Assembly (NCBI RefSeq): GCF_006345805.1
Contig: NC_043004.1
Span: 14,632,001-14,696,000, forward strand
Length of the DNA: 64,000 bases
From: Octopus sinensis
Taxonomy: Eukaryota
Direction of reading: 5' to 3'
Shown here: piece by piece, positions 54,514-64,000 of the stretch
Numbering within the stretch: the first letter of the stretch is position 1
How the letters are laid out: each line of letters opens with the position of its first letter
The notes under the pieces: generated by a model
Database searches by the model: none
What the model was told of the DNA's origin: nothing
Seen by the model: only the letters and a program-made list of their open reading frames with translations
Made by a program: the position numbers and the translations under genes

Positions 54514-54540
54514 CTATATTATTTAACTATCTATCTATAT
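54347..54540. repeat. (TATC)n/(TC)n microsatellite
   Basis: Read directly from the sequence. Confidence 0.95.
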
Positions 54541-55130
54541 TACATGCATGCATAGATATGTGTATCTACATACGCAAATATTCGTATAATACATAAACTC
54601 CAAATCCATATTTTGGTACATATATAAAGTATATACACACAGGCCAAACATATTTTCCTCCATCCGTCCATATATAAGTGCATAAATAAATATGTGTCAT
54701 ATCTATCTATGCTTAGATATTTATGTACATGCATTTAATGCATACATGCACAAGGAAACATTCTTCATTGAAAAAATATAAGCCTGAACTTAACCATCTT
54801 AACATTCTTATACAGAGAAACTCATCTCATTAAAAAAATAAATAATAAATAAAGCGATTATCTCCCTTATACTGGAAGAAATCCCTTATTACCTCCCCTG
54901 CCTGGAACTCATCTTTGCACTTCATAACGAAGACATGACACGATGTAGGTAAAGAAATTTGAGAAATTTGAAAACTTTACACGAAACCGGTTATTTCTCC
55001 CAAAACTATGTTACTATACACAAAAATTCATAACATTTTTTCTAACATAACGACTTAAATATATTCTTTAAACTTATAAAACAAGCCTTCTGTAGTTTTT
55101 TCACTCTTTTCTATTTTTATATGTATACAT

Positions 55131-55183
<53 letters not shown>

Positions 55184-55436
55184 TACATATACACGTATAT
55201 ATGTATACATATGCACTTATTTATGTGGAATTTTTCCTCATACAAAAGGAAAATTACTGAAAATTAAGAAAATTGTTCACAACATATGGACAGGTATCAG
55301 AGAGGGCAGGGCTAACAGTTATCCTGCCGGCAGGATTTCAAACAAGATACCTAAAATTTACGGGTCGAGGTTTCACTAATACCACTGTGGGCTGCTCCAT
55401 GTATATATATATATGCATGTATGTATGTATCTTTTA

Positions 55437-55790
55437 AATGTTTCAGCCATTAGACAGCTATTAGCATCGTGTAGGCCTTGAAGAATTTTTGGTCGAAAGA
55501 GTGGACCCTAGTATTTGATATTTCTCAGGCCTAGTTCTTATGCTATTGTCCTTGTTTGCCAAAACGCTAAAGCGGTTGACAAGCGGTGGTGGAGGGCAAA
55601 CACAAGTATATAAACGCACACAAACACAAATGATAGGCTTCTTTCAGTTTCCATCTTTAGAAAACTACGTACAACGCTCTGGTCGCTCCGCGGCTATATT
55701 ATATGGTACTTGTCTAAGATGCCATGCAATGGGACTGAACTCGAATCCATATGGTTGGGAAGCAAACTTTTTAGCTCGCAATCATGTCTG
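55437..55790 (-). mobile_element. Degraded family C SINE
   Basis: GGCTTCTTTCAGTTTCC and GCCATGCAATGGGACTGAAC match family C in reverse. Confidence 0.7.
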
Positions 55791-55880
55791 CGAGTACACA
55801 TACATATACATACACACACACATCTACATATACATATACATGTATAAGTAGATATGTGTACATATATACGTGTATATGTT

Positions 55881-55943
<63 letters not shown>

Positions 55944-56598
55944 TGGTCGATACTATCAAATCTATCCCTTATTGAAAGCAGTAAGTTGAGATTGTGAGGA
56001 TAAGACTGTTATCTCTAGCTGAATGAGCAGCCATCTACATACTACTCGTTGGCACCATCCAATAACGGTAGTTCCTTCAATGACTCAGTTAAAGAATTAG
56101 GAGCACTTGCTTGATTAATTTCAAGGTCGTTTCCTTGAGAAGAATGGAGAATGTTTTCTTCAGACAGGAGATATTGGCCAGATGGATGCAGCAGAATGAA
56201 ATCTATGAAGAACACACAAGATTCAGGCTGTAATACTAAAATATGTGATCAGCTATATATAGCAATGAGAAACAGAAACGAATCCCTTGGTTCGTTTCCA
56301 CAACGTTTTATCCAACAATTGTTTTACCGACAAGGAGTCACCTGTTAAGTGGGAATTTGTGATTAACGAAGGCGGCAATAGAAACAGAACCACACTGTAA
56401 ATGAATATGCTCCTAAGTTTATAACTAAGATGTAGTAGTAGCACATTTGTCCAAATATGTGTATGATGATGGAGCAATGAGCTCATAGGAAGCATTATTC
56501 CTTACTCTCTTTACTGGACAAGCCACGAACATTAACTTCACAGGCATAAATGCGCATGTATATATGTACATATGGATGCACTCACGTGTAATTATACA

Positions 56599-56962
56599 CG
56601 CGTAGGAGTGGCTGTGTGGTAAAGAGCTTGATTCCTAATCCCATGGTTCTGGGTTCAGTCCCAGAGTGTGGCATCTTAGTCAAGTGTCTTCGACTATAGC
56701 CTCGGGAAGACAAAAGTTTTGTGATTGGATTTGGTAGACGGAAACTGAAAGAAGCCCGTTGTACATGCATATATATGTGCGTGTGTGTGGGTGTCTCTAC
56801 CACGATCGCTTGACAACCGATGTTTGTGTGTTTACGTCCCCGTAACTTATCAGTTCGGCAAAAGAATCGTATAGAATAAGTCGCTTACAGAAAATAAGTT
56901 CTGGGATCGACTTGTTAGACTAACGGCGGTGCTCCAGCAGTGCAATGGCTGAAACAAGTAAA
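56599..56962 (+). mobile_element. tRNA-SINE family C
   Basis: CGCGTAGGAGTGGCTGTGTGGT head through the GGCGGTGCTCCAGC tail. Confidence 0.88.
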
Positions 56963-57028
56963 ATCATAAATGAAGTGAATAAAAGATTAAACATATATAT
57001 TTATAATGTATATATAAGTATCTCTGTC

Positions 57029-57065
<37 letters not shown>

Positions 57066-57164
57066 GTGTGTCTCTCTCTCACTCTCTCTATCTGTGTGAG
57101 TGTGTCTGTGAGTGTACATGTGTGCGTGTGTCCTGTTATTCTATATATGTCTGGGTGGGTGGAC

Positions 57165-57993
57165 CTTTGTACTCTGAGGAATGCATCTGTATGTGTAGGT
57201 GTGTGTCTGTATGCCGGTATAAACATGCGCGTTTATGACTGAATTACATACATACATGTGGTGTGTGTCGTCATGTTCCCAAGCGTGTAATCATTAATCT
57301 GTGCGTCTATACGTCTTTGAATTGATTTAAGCGTAAGAATGTGCACGTCTTATTGTTTATGCATCTAACTGCTAAGAATCTCTCAATACATCGAAACTAA
57401 AATGTTAATCTCGCAGCTTAAAACCTTATTATCCCACTGAGCGTTGCATCTGATGTTATTGCATCGTTTCACGCCCACAAGGGAGCAGTACATACTGAAG
57501 ATGAAACAATTGTTGTGGAAGTATATATTTTTTTGTTAGCACATTCAGTCTTCTCTTTTTTCTTTATCTTTAATATATATAAAATTAGAAATATTGCATT
57601 TCTAAATCTCTCAGAGAGACTTATACAGTAGCAGCACGATAAAGTGATGGTTTGTTGCCAAATTAATGTGGCAGTCCAAGGAAAGGGAAGAATGCTTTCC
57701 AATTGGCTCTGTCACACAAGCTTTGTGTGTATCTTAAGGACACATTAATACTTATACTCGTGGGCACACGCCAGCACACACCACATGTATGTCCGCCAAT
57801 CACATAAGTACACGGCTATACAGACATACAGAAACACACCTACACACACAGTTGCATCCCTCAGAGTACAAACTTCAAACAGAGTGCTTGTGTCACATGG
57901 CCAGCTGGAAACGATGTTTCCTGGGGCTAAATAGCAGTAGCATTCTCCCCTTTACTGGGACTTCCACATTAAGTTGGCAACGAACCACCACTT

Positions 57994-57995
<2 letters not shown>
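57165..57995. repeat. Two interleaved diverged inverted repeat pairs
   Basis: 57165-57267 pairs with 57775-57873, and 57640-57725 pairs with 57885-57995. Confidence 0.75.
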
Positions 57996-58025
<30 letters not shown>

Positions 58026-58030
58026 TATAG

Positions 58031-58357
<327 letters not shown>

Positions 58358-58432
58358 TATATATATATACATTGGACAGCAAGAAGATTCCAACGTTTTA
58401 CATACTAGATAAATTTCCTACAGAATTCTCAC

Positions 58433-58531
58433 GTAGTGTAAATCTCAAATTCAACACAGAAACTTTGAAAAAAATATGATGGTGCTTTAGGTTTAGGAGA
58501 ACTCCATAAAAAATCTGTCTCAGTGAATGAA
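58433..58531 (-). CDS. Candidate phase 2-2 exon, SFTETDFLWSSPKPKAPSYFFQSFCVEFEIYT
   Basis: 99 nt, open frame, GTGAGA donor, weak AAG acceptor; frame-compatible with the neighbouring candidates. Confidence 0.3.
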
Positions 58532-58623
58532 CTTGTAAAATATAGAGCATTGTTCAGCTGCATGCTATTTATACATACATACATACATACATACATACAT
58601 ACATACATACATACATACATACA

Positions 58624-58654
<31 letters not shown>

Positions 58655-59199
58655 GTATATGTATGTATCTATGTATGTGTATATACACACACACACGCAC
58701 GCAAATATATATGTATGTATACATATAGTATACCAATGTGTAAAGGTAGGAAGAGTCTCACGTGGTTAAATAATATTTGTGAACACAAACAGAGATAAAA
58801 CGAAATATGAGGGAATTGAGTGTCAACATAAATGAATACATTTACCGCAAAATCCATTTATATTTTCATTGCTTGTAATAAATTTTCATCTACTGATCTT
58901 CTGCATTAGTGTGCATACAGACACACCGACCGACAAACCTTCACACGTATTCGCAGACAAGCGAACTCACACACACACACACGCAAACACACACACACAC
59001 GAACACATATATAGATGTATAGGAATTTACGTACTTATATAAACCATTTATATTTAAATGCTATTTAGATTGTATTTGATATTGATGAGTACAACGATAT
59101 TCTCATTCATTCACACCCTTTACATCTATATATGTATGTGTGTATACACACACACACACACATATATATGTATAAAATATATATATATTTACATTTATA

Positions 59200-59245
<46 letters not shown>

Positions 59246-59789
59246 AACACATATATGTCTGTGTTCATTTTCCCTGTCTGTGTGTGCATATATACACACA
59301 TATATATATGTACATGTGTGTGGGTGTATGTGTGTGAATGTGTACGAATAATTGATCGCTTTACTGAAAATGATAAATGAACACTACTGTGCAATATTTA
59401 TATATAATGTTCTAATACTAAATCACATTTTGTGCTATTTACCGAATATTTGTATAAATTATTAATAAAATACTTTTAAAACTGGGAACTTAATTTTCCT
59501 GATGATTTATGGAGCGCACTATATTTGTGTTTATAAGGTTCGCATTTTAAATTATATACTCATATACGTGATTGTTCCTTATTACTCATGTAACAACCTC
59601 TCTACGATATATGCCACTCCGCTTTTCACCTCAACATCCGCTCTAAGTGTTTCTCTATTTCTCTCTATATCCCCTCATATTCAGGGAAGATAACCCATCC
59701 ACATCAACGTTTGCTTGTTAAAACGTATTCCTCGAGTTCTGAGCGTTTCCTCACGTCTGCAACGTGGATACCTTAGATTTTGTAATTAT

Positions 59790-59853
59790 ATAGAGACTGA
59801 CGAGGTGTCTACAAGGCTTTGCTTTGTGGATGCGAAACCTTGGATAACTCTAT
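59790..59853 (+). ncRNA. Degenerate type I hammerhead ribozyme with long stem II
   Basis: ATAGAGA-CTGACGA-G-[13-bp stem GTGTCTACAAGGC TTT GCTTTGTGGATGC]-GAAA-CCTTGG-ATA-ACTCTAT, just upstream of (TA)n. Confidence 0.6.
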
Positions 59854-59877
59854 GTCTAAGATATAAAATTTTCGTTG

Positions 59878-59941
<64 letters not shown>

Positions 59942-59971
59942 TGTGTGTGCCTGTGTGTGTGTGTGTGTGTG

Positions 59972-60221
59972 TTGATAGAAATGATAAGACAACAAAAAAA
60001 TGAAAGAGACCTCGATATAATGTAAATAGAGGAATTTATCTGTAAATATAAGTGACAATTATTCTGTAGCCATGATAAAACTGCGAGTTTCAGATGTCGG
60101 GGCGGAAAGGTTATTTTCATACCATTTTTTCGATGGCCGGTTAACTCACATCCCAAACTCGGAATTTTATCATGGCTGCCGAATAATTGTCACTTGTTAT
60201 ATTTACAGATAAATTCCTCTA
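59972..60221. mobile_element. Fold-back Penelope-like mini-element (arms 60027-60097 and 60148-60221)
   Basis: Inverted arms of about 70 bp, both starting at the CATC.(G/C)AAACTCG hammerhead remnant. Same family as 22770-22932. Confidence 0.7.
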
Positions 60222-60372
60222 CTTATTTATATATATATATATTTATACACACATACACACGTATATAGATATATATGTGTGTATATATACATGCATGTAT
60301 GTGAATATATACACAAAAACATCCGTGTGTCTGTGTGTCAGTATATACGTCTATATGTGAATATATATATCT

Positions 60373-60444
<72 letters not shown>

Positions 60445-60455
60445 ATATGTATGTG

Positions 60456-60497
<42 letters not shown>

Positions 60498-61126
60498 ATA
60501 TTATATATATATTATAAATAGACACACAAGAAGAGATATACATGTACACACAAACACACACACACAAACAAACACTCACAGAAACACTGATCTGTGTATG
60601 TATAATATTTGTGTGTTTGTTTAGCAGTCTGTGGATTTTTGTATTTCACATGCCAATTCTGTTTACAATATTGATGTAACTTCACATGGAGCCACGGCGA
60701 AAGATACTAAATGTTAGAAGTGTTTCAATGCATATAAATATATTATCCATAAAATTCATTCATATTTTGATTGCTTGGATCAGTCATTCCTTTACTGATA
60801 TAACCATCTAAGTCACTGTTTATATATCGTTTTGGGTATTCATGCACTCTTTTGTACCATTATATACCATGTGATATCGATAAATATACCGCCGATATCA
60901 TTTCGTTTGGAGGCGCCTATTGTACGATGACTAAGTAGCAGTATGAACAAACACTGATACATACACACACATATATATGGGGGTGTATGTTTGTGTGTAT
61001 GTGTGTATATATACATGCATGTGTATATGTATGTGTATGTATATATATATATATGTATGTATGTATATATATATATATGTATGTATGTATATATATATAT
61101 ATGTATGTATGTATATATATATATAT

Positions 61127-61190
<64 letters not shown>

Positions 61191-62586
61191 GCACGCACAC
61201 ACAGAGACAGACAATCACATATCATCAATGGAATATAAAATTAATATATTTTGAGTAATCTCATTTCGGAAAAGAAGTGGAAGCAAGGAAAGATATTATC
61301 ACTAAAGTAGGGTAAATTCTATTCCACTGTGTCTGAACATTTACACTTTTACGATTGATAATATTAGAACGTTCCGAAAAACGTATAAAGGCAATCGTAA
61401 ATAGGACAGATTTTAGACCGTTGTACAAGAAAATATCGAACACCCGAGCATGTAAGTATACATAAATGCATATATATTATATATTAACATACATATATAA
61501 ATATATGTGCATATATGTGTGCGTCTGTATGCACAAATAAATATGCATATACATATGTATACAAATATACATAGATACATTTAAAAATCAATAAAACGAA
61601 CACAGTGAACTTGCTGCTAGGAGAGGAAATTTGAACTTTTCGGACAGAATCCTTCGACAGTGAAAAATTTGGAGGAGAATCAATTAAAGTAATGCAGAAG
61701 ATTCTTACATTTTTTAGGTTAAAAAAAATTACTGGCTGCAACTCCTGAATTATACACTATATGTCAGATCTTCTACTGCTGTGGCTTTTAGCGTTAAATG
61801 AAATCATCCACTCACTTAAACGATATCTTCTTATTTACATTTACAACTGTTTTCTATTCAATAAAACAGCTGATTTGGCTAGTATAGTTGACTTGATATA
61901 AAAGCCATTATGTTTACTCACAAAATAATGGTCTGTTTTATTCTAGAACTCCGCTTTAGCAACATTGCCCTTCCAGCTTTGATTACTAATGGATGTGTTG
62001 AGGGAGAACCGTTTATTGAGAAACTGCTAAAGGTTGGTTCATTGTCTCAGTAAACAGGATATTTTCTTTTCAGTCTTTAGTGTCTATAAATTTGATCATT
62101 CGGCAGCAGGTCTTCACTGATGTCACTAGCCACTTTCAGTTCTGAAAATTATGTCCCTCATCTGGGAGGCATAAGCATAATGTCGCCTTGAAACTTGAGC
62201 TGTTACGATATTCCAAAGATCATAGAGGCAGGCAATAAAAGAATCTTTGAACTACCATTGTGATAAAAGATAATTTGCTAGCAAGAAGAATTAAACATGC
62301 GTATAAACTGAAGTATAATCTTTAAAACGTACCTATAGAAGAAAACTTGAAAAACATAGATATTAGATCAAAGAAACTTAGGATATGCAGTTACAGTGAA
62401 GATTATTTGTTTGCAATCAAGTTCACAGCACGTCTATAGAATTTCAAACGAAGTGCGCGTTGGTGTTTTTGTTTCATGAAATGAAATGGTTGTAGATTGA
62501 GAAGAAGAACAAACTTAGAATATGCAATGCCTACAAAATAAAAGAGATACTTCAATAAATTTATTCTTAATATCAGAAAACAGAAA

Positions 62587-62800
62587 AGGCGGTGAACTGG
62601 TAGAACCGTTACCGCGCCGAACAAAATGATGAGAAGCATTTCTCCTGACTTTACGTTCTGAGTTCGAATGCCTCTTTGGTCAACTTTGCCCTTCATCTTT
62701 TTGTGGTCGATAAAATAAGTATCAGCTGAATACTATGGTCGATATAATGAATTTAAACCTTTCAGAAGCTGCTGGTATTGAGTCAAATTTTCAAACCAAT
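62587..62800 (+). mobile_element. Family M SINE, degraded
   Basis: GGCGGTGAACTGGTAGAA head and GTCAACTTTGCCCTTCATC...GTCGATAAAATAAGTA core. Confidence 0.8.
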
Positions 62801-62845
62801 ATTAGAAGACAGATTTTATCTTCATTTAGTCAGTTTACCCGCATG

Positions 62846-63081
62846 TCCTTATTTCTTTATTGCCCACAAAGGGCTGTACATAGAGGGGAGAAACAAGGAC
62901 AGACAAACGGATTAAGTCGATTATATCGACTCCAGTGCGTAACTGGTACTTAATTTATCAATCTCGAAAGGATGAAAGGCAAAGTCGACCTCGGCGGAAT
63001 TTGAACTCAGAACGTAACGACAGACGAAATACCGCTAAACATTTCACGCGGCGTGCTAACGTTTCTGCCAGATCGCCGCCT
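62846..63081 (-). mobile_element. Family M SINE
   Basis: Near-complete reverse-complement copy. Confidence 0.88.
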
Positions 63082-63796
63082 TCTGCCTAATAACTGGCAT
63101 TTAGCGTGTGTTCACCTACCACTACGTGATCGTGTGAACGGGGCTTCTAGAATTATATTTTAAAATCAAGTTGCATCATTCGCAATGCAAATCTTATAAT
63201 ACCTTAAAATACTGTATACACACAGACATACATACAAGTTCTCTTTATATATATGTTTCTGGTAACCATTATATACATTACGTAAGATTTTCCTAGAAGG
63301 TATTTGTCAATATAGTATGAGCATTTAATGGCATTTACTGAAGGTGCGGTGCAGCTGAGAAGAATCCGGAGAAAGATTATCAACTATATAGTCGTCTATG
63401 TCTTTTGCTATAATTATTTTCTACTATTGAACTCTGGTCGAACAATGATTTTTTCATATGCGATATTCTAACGTTTAAGTTATCAATGTATTTCATTTAT
63501 ATTCTCTTTGGAAATGGCAAATGGTGGAACATATAAAACGCGGTAGATTTTGGTATGAAGAGAAACAAGTTTATGGAAGTAAGGAGTACTTCTTCAAAGT
63601 AAATCACAAAAAGAGAACGAGTATGTGTAGACTCTCTAATAAGTACAATCAGCAACTTAATATCTTAGAAATCGTTCTCCAGTTCTAAAAACTAAGAACA
63701 AGCTAGATAATACTTTCTTTGTATCCAATCATCCATGATGAAACGTAAGACGAGATTTCTGCATCTAGAATGTCTTTCAGTATTGATTCAACTCAC

Positions 63797-63850
63797 CTTG
63801 TAGAAGTGGAAGAAAATACATTCAAGTCGCTAAAAACAATATCTGTTGGA
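63797..63850 (-). CDS. Candidate 54-nt phase 2-2 exon, PTDIVFSDLNVFSSTST
   Basis: Consensus acceptor taattttcag and donor AG|GTGAGT; only one frame is open; length is a multiple of 3. Confidence 0.5.
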
Positions 63851-64000
63851 CTGAAAATTAATTCGTTTTTATTTATATAATGATGATCCTGGCTAGATGG
63901 AAATGAAGCTTAAATATTTGATGAGTGCGCAAAAATGCAATAAGAAAATTGAAAATGATATTTTAAGGAACGTATCATCAGCATCATAATTTCTTGGAAG

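Noticed and set aside
57490-57520. CTGAAGA-T-GAAACAATTGTT hammerhead-like string
   Set aside because: No stem II and no stem I pairing.

Overview
AT-rich, microsatellite-saturated eukaryotic DNA. The SINE families and TAA-targeting LINEs point to an octopus or related coleoid cephalopod; this is an inference. Almost all ORFs in the track are microsatellite artefacts. The only firm host coding sequence is the last two CCP/sushi exons (16343-16170 and 14565-14279, minus strand) of a lev-9/hikaru genki-family gene. A few frame-compatible candidate micro-exons lie further upstream. The rest is repeats: two 5'-truncated R4/Dong LINEs nested in a palindromic twin-tRNA element, Tx1 and RTE relics, two mariner relics, a non-autonomous Helitron and many modular tRNA-SINEs. 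The most interesting signal is a set of tiny (TA)n-embedded elements carrying minimal type I hammerhead ribozymes (best copy 45832-45874; others at 45631, 59790, 41196 and 22770). Several form fold-back inverted repeats that turn at the ribozyme, suggesting Penelope-derived, retrozyme-like mini-retroelements. Two long decayed coding-like blocks of unknown origin (about 11.3-12.2 kb and 17.1-19.8 kb) and two isolated pre-miRNA-sized hairpins also merit follow-up.
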